Positions 20,415 to 29,087 of a DNA stretch of 64,000 nucleotides are shown here, one piece after another (within the stretch, counting starts at the first letter, position 1; the number at the start of each line of letters is the position of its first letter). A program made the position numbers and the translations under genes. Under the pieces are notes generated by a model. It was not told the origin of the DNA, did not search any database, and saw nothing but the letters and a program-made list of their open reading frames with translations. This stretch comes from Acidobacteriota bacterium (GTDB lineage Bacteria > Acidobacteriota > UBA6911 > RPQK01 > JAJDTT01): the NCBI GenBank assembly GCA_965209055.1, contig OZ242374.1, positions 5,184,001 to 5,248,000 on the forward strand, read 5' to 3'.

Positions 20415-23279
20415 ATGACGCCCAACGAATTCATCGCCAAATGGCGCAACTCAACACTGACCGAGCGCGCCGCTTCCCAGGAACATTTCATCGACTTGTG
20501 CCGACTGCTCAAGGAACCGACGCCAGCCGAAGCCGATCCCTCAGGCGAAACTTACTGTTTCGAGCGGGGTGCGCGCAAGGACACCGGCCGTGCCGGCTGG
20601 GCCGATGTCTGGAAACGTCACCACTTCGCCTGGGAGTACAAGAGCCGACACGCCAACCTAGATGCCGCGTTCCAACAGCTAAGACGATATGCGCTTGCGC
20701 TGGAGAATCCGCCGCTTTTGATCGTCTCCGACATGCTGCGGTTCCGCATTCATACCAATTGGACCAACAGCGTCAGCCGGGTCCACAAATTCAGGCTCGC
20801 CGACCTTGCAGACGGGGCAACTCGTGACAAGCTTAAGTGGGCGTTTTCAGACCCCGAGCGGCTGCGTCCAGGTGAGACGCGCCACATGCTCACCGAGCGC
20901 GTGGCGGCGACCTTCGTGACCGTCGCGCAGACGTTGCGGGAGCGCGGTCACGATCCCCATGCAGTTGCCCACTTTGTCCAACGCCTCGTCTTCTGCATGT
21001 TCGCCGACGATGTAGGATTGCTGCCCGCTCATATGTTCACGCGGATGCTGGAGCAGGCGCGACGTACCCCGGCGGATTTTTCCGACCTTGCCAGCGATCT
21101 CTTCCGGGCGATGGCTTACGGCGGGCGGATCGGTTTCGAGCCGGTGGACTGGTTCGACGGCGGGCTGTTCGATGACGCGACAGCGCTGCCGTTGGAGCGG
21201 TCCGACATCGAGACGGTGCTGAAAGCATCACGTCTGGACTGGTCGGAGGTGGATCCGTCGATTCTCGGCACGTTGTTCGAACGCGGGCTCGATCCCGACA
21301 AACGCGCCCAACTCGGCGCGCACTACACCGACCGGGACAAGATCATGCAAATCGTCGAGCCTGTGGTGACCCGCCCGTGGCTCACCGAGTGGAAGGCCGA
21401 GAAGACAGAGATCGCCGCCGAGCTGGAACGTGCGAAAGCTGCCAAGTCACAGGCCGCACGCACGAGGCTCCGCAACCGGGCCGAACGGCGATACCGGACA
21501 TTCCTGGACCGGCTGCGAGCATTTACCGTATTGGACCCGGCATGCGGGTCGGGCAACTTCCTATTTCTCGCCTTGCAGGAACTCAAGGACCTGGAACATC
21601 GGGTGCAATTGGAGGCAGAGGCCCTTGGCTTTCATCGGGCATTCCCGGTGGTTGGCCCGGCCAATGTCAAGGGGATCGAAATCAACCTCTATGCGGCGGA
21701 GCTGGCGCGGGTGGCAGTCTGGATCGGCGAAATCCAGTGGATGCGGCGCAACGGTTTCTCAGAGGCGCGTGACCCGATCCTGAAGCCGCTGAATACGATC
21801 GAGTGCCGGGATGCGATCCTCTCGTCTGACGGAACCGAGCCAGACTGGCCCGATGCCGATGTAATCATCGGAAACCCGCCGTTCCTGGGTGGCAAGCGCC
21901 TGATTACGCACTTGGGCGAGAACTACGTGTCGCAGATGTTCGAGACTTACGCTGATCGTGTACCGGCGGAAGCCGATCTGGTTTGTTATTGGTTTGAGAA
22001 AACGGGCCAGCAGATCCAGTCTGGCAAGGCGAAGCGGGCCGGGCTTGTCGCAACGAACTCCATTCGGGGCGGGGCGAACCGCCGCGCGCTCCAGACCGCA
22101 ACGGACAATCGGCCAATCTTCGACGCGTGGAGCGACGAGCCGTGGGTCGTCGACGGAGCGGCCGTACGGGTGTCACTGGTTTGTTTCTCGCGTACCGGCG
22201 ACGAATCCGTGGCTTGCACTTCACTTAATGGCCAGCCCGTTGACGAGATTTTTGCAGACCTTACAGGGCGGCGGGCGGGTATCGGCGTCGATCTGACGAG
22301 TGTTCGTCGTCTTGCGGAGAACGCCAGCGTCGCATTCATGGGAGACACGAAGGGTGGTTCCTTCGATATTACGGGTGATCAGGCCCGTGAGTGGCTCCGT
22401 CTGCCATCAAACCCAAACGGCCGGACCAACGCCGATGTCCTGAAACCCTGGGTGAACACCATGGCCCTCACCCGGCGTCCAACGGGAAAATGGATTGTCG
22501 ACTTCGGGTGGACGATGTCGGAAGGCGATGCGGCGCTGTACGAAGAGCCGTTCCGGTGGGTGCAGGAACACGTCCAGCCGAAGCGCCAGGAAAACCGGCG
22601 CAAAGCCTATCGAGAGAATTGGTGGCGGCACGTGGAGCCGAGACAGGGTATGTGGTCGGCGCTCACCGACCTGTCGCGCTGCATCGCTACCCCTGCCGTC
22701 GCGAAGCATCGCCTGTTCTTGTGGCTTGATACACGTATCTGTCCCGATCATGCATTGATCGTGATCGCACGCGACGACGACACAACCTTCGGCATCCTGC
22801 ACAGCCGGTTCCACGAGATCTGGTCTCTTCGGCTTGGGACGTGGCTCGGAAAGGGCAATGATCCACGCTATACCCCGACCACGACTTTCGAGCCCTTCCC
22901 CTTTCCGGAGGGGCTATCACCGAACATTCCTTCAGCCGACTATGCGAGCGATCCACGCGCCGTCACCATTGCGGAAGCGGCGCAGCAGTTGGTCGAACGT
23001 CGTGATCGCTGGCTCAACCCGGCAGACTGGGTCGAATGGGTCGAAGAGCCGGTTCCCGGTTATCCGAAGCGTCCCGTTCCTCGCGACGAAACAGCGGCGA
23101 AGAAGCTCAAGAAACGCACGCTGACGAATCTCTATAACACCCGCCCGCAATGGCTCGCTGACGCTCACGCAGCGCTCGACGCTGCGGTTGCGGATGCCTA
23201 TGGATGGCGTGCAGACATCTCCGACGACGATGTCCGACGCGAGTTGCTGGAACTCAACCTCTACCGTCTGGAGCGTTAA
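20415..23279 (+). CDS. MmeI/YeeA-like Type IIL/IIG restriction-modification enzyme (nuclease-methyltransferase fusion)
   Basis: N-terminal ADVW..AWEYK, GAHYT, LDPACGSGNF and GNPPF; C-terminal RYTPTTTFEPFPFP and RTLTNLYN. Confidence 0.88.
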   Translation: MTPNEFIAKWRNSTLTERAASQEHFIDLCRLLKEPTPAEADPSGETYCFERGARKDTGRAGWADVWKRHHFAWEYKSRHANLDAAFQQLRRYALALENPPLLIVSDMLRFRIHTNWTNSVSRVHKFRLADLADGATRDKLKWAFSDPERLRPGETRHMLTERVAATFVTVAQTLRERGHDPHAVAHFVQRLVFCMFADDVGLLPAHMFTRMLEQARRTPADFSDLASDLFRAMAYGGRIGFEPVDWFDGGLFDDATALPLERSDIETVLKASRLDWSEVDPSILGTLFERGLDPDKRAQLGAHYTDRDKIMQIVEPVVTRPWLTEWKAEKTEIAAELERAKAAKSQAARTRLRNRAERRYRTFLDRLRAFTVLDPACGSGNFLFLALQELKDLEHRVQLEAEALGFHRAFPVVGPANVKGIEINLYAAELARVAVWIGEIQWMRRNGFSEARDPILKPLNTIECRDAILSSDGTEPDWPDADVIIGNPPFLGGKRLITHLGENYVSQMFETYADRVPAEADLVCYWFEKTGQQIQSGKAKRAGLVATNSIRGGANRRALQTATDNRPIFDAWSDEPWVVDGAAVRVSLVCFSRTGDESVACTSLNGQPVDEIFADLTGRRAGIGVDLTSVRRLAENASVAFMGDTKGGSFDITGDQAREWLRLPSNPNGRTNADVLKPWVNTMALTRRPTGKWIVDFGWTMSEGDAALYEEPFRWVQEHVQPKRQENRRKAYRENWWRHVEPRQGMWSALTDLSRCIATPAVAKHRLFLWLDTRICPDHALIVIARDDDTTFGILHSRFHEIWSLRLGTWLGKGNDPRYTPTTTFEPFPFPEGLSPNIPSADYASDPRAVTIAEAAQQLVERRDRWLNPADWVEWVEEPVPGYPKRPVPRDETAAKKLKKRTLTNLYNTRPQWLADAHAALDAAVADAYGWRADISDDDVRRELLELNLYRLER

Positions 23280-23410
23280 AAATCGGCAATCAGGGGCGTG
23301 GTTCAGAGTCCAACAAAGCTAATTGTGCGGGCCTTTGTTAGCGGCCATGGACCGAATTCACAATGTCCCCGAGCGAGGCAACGGAATGGAGAAGGGAAAC
23401 GGAGAAGAGT

Positions 23411-23574
23411 GTGTCGGCTTTCAGGAGCCGAACCTGCTGCCTGTTTGTTGCCTGTTCAGCATGTCAAACATGAGGAGTCAACCACCTTACCGGTCCGGCG
23501 AAGAACCCGGTAACATATTGAAAACGTTAACGTTCGGTAGTCTTTGACTGTGGAACAGTTGGGACTGTTAGTCC
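23411..23574. repeat. Conserved right end and right att core of element 1
   Basis: Aligns with 39986-40148; tandem TGCCTGTT arm-like repeats at 23438-23456. Confidence 0.85.
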
Positions 23575-23638
23575 CCCAGTATTTTTGTGTTGTGAGCCGA
23601 TTCGGCAGGTGGAGATTTTGGCAAGTGGGAAGTGTAAA

Positions 23639-23660
23639 GGGGGGACTCTGTCCCCCCTAC
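23639..23660 (-). repeat. GTAG-type REP, inverted partner of the REP split by element 1
   Basis: Minus strand GTAG-GGGGGAC-AGA-GTCCCCC. Confidence 0.6.
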
Positions 23661-23756
23661 CCCCCCCTTTCGGCGACAAGAAAGTCGCCGCTCCGTTGCC
23701 TTCCCTCCACTCGTGTGGTGAAATCCGACCCCGAAAGCACTCGCAGGGGGAGTTTC

Positions 23757-24008
23757 ATGGGGAATGCATCCAATCGTCGGCTGGTCTATGCGGCTCTGTT
23801 GCTCGCGTACCTGCTCCACAACGATCTCTGGCTCTGGCACGATTCCAGAATCATGCTGGGTCTCCCGGTCGGCCTTCTCTACCACGTCGGTTTCTGCGTG
23901 GCCGCCTCGGTGATCCTGACCCTCCTGATCCGCTTCTGTTGGCCCCTTCCGCACCAGTCCTCGGCGGCTGTGCCCGGGACATCGCATAAGGACGAGGCAC
24001 AGCCGTGA
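23757..24008 (+). CDS. Small membrane protein (DUF3311-like partner of a sodium:solute symporter)
   Basis: LHNDLWLW..GLPVGLLYH; two TM segments; overlaps the symporter start. Confidence 0.75.
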   Translation: MGNASNRRLVYAALLLAYLLHNDLWLWHDSRIMLGLPVGLLYHVGFCVAASVILTLLIRFCWPLPHQSSAAVPGTSHKDEAQP

Positions 24009-25468
24009 TCATCCCCATCATCTTCATCTACCTGGCTCTGGTGATCCTCGTCGGCAGCCTCAGCCACCGGCTGTTCCGGGGCACGGGCGAGGACTATTTC
24101 GTCGCGACTCGAAGCATCGGTCCCTTCATCCTCCTCATGTCCCTCTTCGGGACCAACATGACGGCCTTCGCCCTGCTGGGAGCATCGGGAGAGGCCTATC
24201 ACGAGGGGATCGGGGTCTTCTCCCTGATGGCGTCCTCATCGGCTCTGATCATCCCCAGCGTCTTCTTCTTCGTGGGGACGCGTCTCTGGGCCATCGGGAA
24301 ACGGGAGGGCTACATCACCCAGGTCCAGTATTTCCGGGCGCGTTGGGGTTCCGACCGGCTGGGTCTTCTCCTGTTCGTAGTACTGGTGGGGTTGGTCGTC
24401 CCGTACCTGTTGATCGGCGTCATGGCGGGAGGAGTCACCCTGAACCAGGTGACCGACGGACAGATTCCCGAGTGGCTGGGCGGCCTGATCATCTGCCTGG
24501 TGGTCCTGACCTACGTCTCCACCAGCGGTTTGAGAGCCACCGCCTGGGTGAACACTTTTCAGACCCTGGTGTTCATGATCCTGGGCGCGGTGGCGTTCGT
24601 GGTGATCACCCGGAAGCTGGGGGGGTTGTCCCAAGGTCTGGAGCGGGTCATGGAAACCCATCCCGAACTCCTGATTCGAGGCGATAACATCAAGCCGCTT
24701 CAGCTTCTGACCTACACCTGCATCCCCCTCTCGGTGGGGATGTTCCCGCACATGTTCATGCACTGGCTGTCGGCGCGGCGGGCCGAGGCCTTTCGCTTCC
24801 CGCTCAAGGTCTACCCGCTGTGCATTGCGGCGGTTTGGGTGCCCAGCGTCCTGTTGGGAGTCTTGGGCCGAGTCGACTATCCCGAACTGACGGTCGGAGA
24901 GGCCAACTCCGTCCTGGTCAAGATGATCGCGCTGCACTCGCCGGAGATCGTGGCCGGGCTCCTGGCGGCCGGGGTGCTGGCCGCCGTCATGTCCTCGCTG
25001 GACTCCCAGTTCCTCTCGCTGGGGAGCATGTTCACCGAGGACATCGTTCGCCACTACGGGTTTCACGACCGGATGAGCGAGCGGGCGCAGGTGCGGGCCG
25101 GAAGGCTGTTCGTCGTGGGCCTGGTGGCCGTCATCTATCTCCTCTCCCTGGTCACCGACCGGAGTATCTTCAAGCTGGCAGTCTGGTCCTTCACCGGCTT
25201 CGCCTCGCTGTTCCCGGTCGTGGCAGCGGCATTGTTCTGGAAACGGAGCACCAGGTACGGGGCCTATGCCTCGATCCTCAGCGTGGTGGTCCTCTGGATC
25301 TACTTTTTCCGGCTGGGCTGGGAATCTCCCGGGTACACGCTGGGAGGAACCGGTGTCATGCCGGTGGCGTTCATCCTTGGGGTCTCAGCCCTGTCCATGA
25401 TCGTCGTTTCCCTGCTGACGCAACCGCCCCGGGAAGCGGTCCTCCGGAAATTCTTTCCATCGTCCTGA
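24005..25468 (+). CDS. Sodium:solute symporter family protein
   Basis: EDYFVATRSIG, GLRATAWVN and AAVMSSLDSQ; about 13 TM segments. Confidence 0.9.
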   Translation: MIIPIIFIYLALVILVGSLSHRLFRGTGEDYFVATRSIGPFILLMSLFGTNMTAFALLGASGEAYHEGIGVFSLMASSSALIIPSVFFFVGTRLWAIGKREGYITQVQYFRARWGSDRLGLLLFVVLVGLVVPYLLIGVMAGGVTLNQVTDGQIPEWLGGLIICLVVLTYVSTSGLRATAWVNTFQTLVFMILGAVAFVVITRKLGGLSQGLERVMETHPELLIRGDNIKPLQLLTYTCIPLSVGMFPHMFMHWLSARRAEAFRFPLKVYPLCIAAVWVPSVLLGVLGRVDYPELTVGEANSVLVKMIALHSPEIVAGLLAAGVLAAVMSSLDSQFLSLGSMFTEDIVRHYGFHDRMSERAQVRAGRLFVVGLVAVIYLLSLVTDRSIFKLAVWSFTGFASLFPVVAAALFWKRSTRYGAYASILSVVVLWIYFFRLGWESPGYTLGGTGVMPVAFILGVSALSMIVVSLLTQPPREAVLRKFFPSS

Positions 25469-25507
25469 TTGGCCTCGTCCGGGCCTCCGGCAGCGGCGGG
25501 CGAACCA

Positions 25508-26077
25508 TTACGGTTCGAGCCAACTTTCTGCGTCTTCGGGAGAGTCCACGTCCTGAGGGCTCCGGAGGGGAACCTCACCCACCGATGATGCGACTCGGGT
25601 CAGAGCCCGGGCTCCCCGGTCTCCCTGGAGGGTCAGGAGCTGGGGAAAGAGGCTTCGATCCACGAGGGCCGGGGCTCCTGCAACACCCTGATAGCGGGAA
25701 AGGACCAGGTCGCAACCGTCCGTTCGGTGCCGTTCCAGCAGGGCCTCCAGGTGACCTTTCCCCACGAAGGGCTGGTCGGCCAGAAGGATGAACGCCGCGT
25801 CGTACTCGGCGGGAAGAGCGTCGAATCCCAGGCGCAGGGACGAGGAGAGTCCCTCCCGCCAATCCGGGTTCACGACGACCTCCGCTCCGGCCGCCTCGGC
25901 TTCGGTCCCGTACCTCCGCGGGTAGGCCCCGACCACGACCCACACCGCGTCGCAGACCTGGGACGCGGTGGCGACGGCACGGGCCAGCAGGCTCTGGCCG
26001 CGATGCTGGAGGAGGAGCTTGGCGAATCCCATGCGCCGGCTCTCGCCGGCGGCCAGAACCACGCCGGCGACCCTCAC
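25508..26077 (-). CDS. Molybdenum cofactor cytidylyltransferase-like NTP transferase (MocA/MobA family)
   Basis: VVLAAGESRRMG, LADQP, GDRGAR and DVDSPED; GTG overlaps the upstream stop. Confidence 0.88.
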   Translation of the reverse strand: MRVAGVVLAAGESRRMGFAKLLLQHRGQSLLARAVATASQVCDAVWVVVGAYPRRYGTEAEAAGAEVVVNPDWREGLSSSLRLGFDALPAEYDAAFILLADQPFVGKGHLEALLERHRTDGCDLVLSRYQGVAGAPALVDRSLFPQLLTLQGDRGARALTRVASSVGEVPLRSPQDVDSPEDAESWLEP

Positions 26078-27192
26078 AGCCGTTCCGTGAAACGCCGCAG
26101 GCTGGCCAGATCCACGACGGGAGCGAAGGTGTCGGTGTGGGGCAGGATGACCCGGATGCCCGCAGTGGTCGGGCGGTAGCCGGGAGCGGCCGCCAGCGGG
26201 CTCAGCCAAAGGAGACGGGACCCGGACTGCTTCAGCCGGACCAGGGTCCGCTCCAGGAGTTCCAGGTCTCCCGTGTCCCATCCGTCGCTGAGAACCAGCA
26301 CCGCCGTTTGCGAACCCAGTTGGTGGGCGTACCGGTCCAGGAAATCCTGGAAACAGGCTCCGATCCGCGTGCCGGTGCTCTTCCGGGGAAGGACGCGCAT
26401 GAGCGCCTGCCGCGCACCCCGGGCGCCTCTCACTTGCAGGGCGCGGGTCAGACGGTAGAGCCGCGTGCTGAAGGCGAAGACCTCGACCCGCCCCAATCCC
26501 CGCTGGGAAGCGCAGGCATGGCAAAACTGGAACAGAAAGGAACTGTGAAGCTCCATGGAGCCGCTCACGTCCATCAGGACCACCAGGCGGACCCGGTCCA
26601 TGCGGCGCCGTCGGAAGACCAGGTCCATCAACTCACCCCCTCGCTGGGTGCTTCGATGAACCGTGCGCCTCAGGTCCGGAACCCGCCCCCGGGAACTGGC
26701 GCGCCGGCGCCGGGACCTGCGGCGGGACAGCTTCCTGGCCAGACGGCGGACCGTGAGCTTCAACCGGGCGGACTCGGGGATTCCCGGCGGAGGACTTCCC
26801 GTAAGAACCTCCAGCGGGCTGTAGGAGCCCTGGCGGGTTTCCCCCTCGGTCTCGGACCCCTGGGACCAGGCCACCAGGCTCAGGCCGAACCGGGGTATGG
26901 ACGCCCGAAGCCGTTCGCCATCTTCGGACCCAGGGCTTTCGGGTTCGCTCCCATCCAGCAATCCGCCCCCGAAGTATTTTTCGAACAGGTGGTCGAAACG
27001 CTCGATTTCCCGAGGACTTCCGGGAAAAAGGGTGCGGAGCGTGTGGAAGAAATCGCCCCGGTCTGTGATCTCCAACCGGTGCAGCGCGGTCAGTGCGTCC
27101 CCGACCTCGCGGGGGCCGGCCCTCATGCCCTCGGAGCGTAGAATGCGGGCAAAGGCCATCACATTCTCCTCCAAGAAACCCGGATAGGACAT
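26074..27192 (-). CDS. coxE: CoxE-like VWA-domain protein
   Basis: DVSGSM MIDAS motif, GTRIG and LSDGWDTG. Confidence 0.85.
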   Translation of the reverse strand: MSYPGFLEENVMAFARILRSEGMRAGPREVGDALTALHRLEITDRGDFFHTLRTLFPGSPREIERFDHLFEKYFGGGLLDGSEPESPGSEDGERLRASIPRFGLSLVAWSQGSETEGETRQGSYSPLEVLTGSPPPGIPESARLKLTVRRLARKLSRRRSRRRRASSRGRVPDLRRTVHRSTQRGGELMDLVFRRRRMDRVRLVVLMDVSGSMELHSSFLFQFCHACASQRGLGRVEVFAFSTRLYRLTRALQVRGARGARQALMRVLPRKSTGTRIGACFQDFLDRYAHQLGSQTAVLVLSDGWDTGDLELLERTLVRLKQSGSRLLWLSPLAAAPGYRPTTAGIRVILPHTDTFAPVVDLASLRRFTERL

Positions 27193-27199
27193 CAACAGC

Positions 27200-28126
27200 T
27201 CAAGACTGCGCCAGGACGCCTTCCATCTGCTCCACCGCCCGGGTGATTCCTCCCGACTCGAAGCCTCCGAGTCCGGCCAGCAGGGCCTGGAGAAAGCGGT
27301 TTCGGACCCGGCGTTGATCCTCAACGTGCTTGAGCAGCACTCCCAGGGTCGATTCGATGACCTCCGGCCCCAGCCGGTTCCGGTCCAGGTAGAGGAGGGC
27401 CGCCACCCAATCCAGGGTCTCGGAAACTCCGGGCGCCTTCTCCAGGGGCAGGCGCCGCAGCAACTGGACGAAGGCCACGGTCCGGCCGGACAGGGCCTCC
27501 GCGGCGCCGGGAACCCGGGCTCGAACGATGGCCACCTCCTTGTCGAACGAGGGATAGTCGATCCAGAGATAGAGGCACCGCCGTCTCAGGGCATCAGCCA
27601 GATCCCGGGTCCGGTTGCTGGTGAGGACCGTGTAGGGAACCTGCCGGGCCGTCAGCGTCCCCAATTCCGGAACCGAGACCTGCCACTCCGAGAGCAACTC
27701 CAGCAGGAAGGCCTCGAATTCCTCATCGCTTCGATCCACCTCGTCGATGAGAAGCACCGGCGCCTCCGAGGCGGTGATCGCCTCCAGAAGAGGGCGTTTC
27801 AAGAGGTAGTCGACGCTGAAGATGTCGGCCCGCCGGGAACCGCTGGCCTCGGCCAGTCGAATGTCCAACAACTGCTTCTGGTAGTTCCACTCGTACAGGG
27901 CCGAGCTGGTGTCGATGCCCTCGTAGCACTGCAGCCGGATCAGGTGGGTGCCCAGGACGCCGGACATGGCGCCGGCGATGGCCGTCTTGCCCACTCCCGT
28001 GGGCCCCTCCACCAGGAGCGGGCGTCCCAGGACCGGCGCCAGGTGAATGGCCGTCGCCACCGGGCATTCGGCTATGTACCCTTGGCGCTCCAACCGGCGT
28101 TGGAGCTGCTCGATTTCTGGATGCAT
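27200..28126 (-). CDS. coxD: CoxD-like MoxR AAA+ ATPase
   Basis: EGPTGVGKT, RLQCYEG, LIDEVDRSDEEFEA and DALRRRC. Confidence 0.88.
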   Translation of the reverse strand: MHPEIEQLQRRLERQGYIAECPVATAIHLAPVLGRPLLVEGPTGVGKTAIAGAMSGVLGTHLIRLQCYEGIDTSSALYEWNYQKQLLDIRLAEASGSRRADIFSVDYLLKRPLLEAITASEAPVLLIDEVDRSDEEFEAFLLELLSEWQVSVPELGTLTARQVPYTVLTSNRTRDLADALRRRCLYLWIDYPSFDKEVAIVRARVPGAAEALSGRTVAFVQLLRRLPLEKAPGVSETLDWVAALLYLDRNRLGPEVIESTLGVLLKHVEDQRRVRNRFLQALLAGLGGFESGGITRAVEQMEGVLAQS

Positions 28127-28203
28127 TGGACAGATAGGAACCGGCGGGCCCAGATTGGACCGGGCCCGATCCCGGAACAAAGGACGCTGGGAGGCGCCGG
28201 GAA

Positions 28204-29076
28204 CTATCCGCCGGCGCGCTCCGAGGCCGTGGTGAGGGCGCGCTTCACGTAGGCGGCCGCCAAAGCCCTCCGGTAGTCCGCCCCGGCAAAGTAATCGTCC
28301 AGGGGCTCCACTCCATCGGTGGCGTGCGCCGAGGCCGCCGCGATGCTGTCGGCATTGATGGCGGACCCCTCCAGTGCCGACTCGACGCCGGTGGCCCGAT
28401 AGGCGCCGTCGGAGATTCCCGTCACCCCGACGCGGCACTTGACGCAGTTCCCTGCACCGTCGGTCTCGACCACCGCCGCGACGCCGCAGACGGCGTATCC
28501 CGACGCGGGATGCGGAACCTTCAGATAGGCGCCTCCGGAATTGGCTCCGAGGCCGGCGACCCGCACTTCAACCAGCAACTCGTCCTGTTGCAGCGCCGTC
28601 GCGAAGAAGCCGTGGAAGAACTGGTCGGCGGGAATGGTCCGCCGCCCTCCCGGACCCTGGGCCACGAGCTGCGCCTCCAACGCCAGAGCCGGAGCCGGCT
28701 GATCGGCCGCCGGATCGGCATGGGCCAGGCTGCCGCCCAAGGTGCCCATGTTCCGGACCTGGACGTCTCCGATCTGTCCCGCGGCCTCCGCCAGGGGAGC
28801 CGCCTTCTGCTGCAAGCTGCCGGAGGACTCCACCTCCGCATGAGTAGTGAGAGCTCCGATGGCCAGATCGCCGTTCTCCTCCCGGACGTAGCTCAAGCTG
28901 GACTTGAGCTTCCTCAGATCCACCAGGTGCCCGGACGAGGCCAGGCGCAGCTTCATCATGGGGATCAAGCTGTGCCCTCCCGCCAGCAGCTTGGCGTCGG
29001 AGCCATGCCGGCTCAGAAGGTCGAGGGCCTCCTCGATGGTCTCGGGAGCGTGGTACTCGAATTCACCTGGAAACAT
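28204..29076 (-). CDS. coxM: Xanthine/CO dehydrogenase family FAD subunit
   Basis: AGGHSLIPMMKLR and QVRNMGTLGGSLAHADP. Confidence 0.9.
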   Translation of the reverse strand: MFPGEFEYHAPETIEEALDLLSRHGSDAKLLAGGHSLIPMMKLRLASSGHLVDLRKLKSSLSYVREENGDLAIGALTTHAEVESSGSLQQKAAPLAEAAGQIGDVQVRNMGTLGGSLAHADPAADQPAPALALEAQLVAQGPGGRRTIPADQFFHGFFATALQQDELLVEVRVAGLGANSGGAYLKVPHPASGYAVCGVAAVVETDGAGNCVKCRVGVTGISDGAYRATGVESALEGSAINADSIAAASAHATDGVEPLDDYFAGADYRRALAAAYVKRALTTASERAGG

Positions 29077-29087
29077 GCTCTACCTCC

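Larger units (their letters stand above)
14390..23574. mobile_element. Integrative element 1 (tyrosine integrase, ~9.2 kb) inserted in a REP palindrome
   Basis: 14-bp direct repeat GGGACTGTTAGTCC at 14376-14389 and 23561-23574. Integrase at the left end, right end homologous to element 2, and cargo visibly less GC-rich. Confidence 0.88.
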
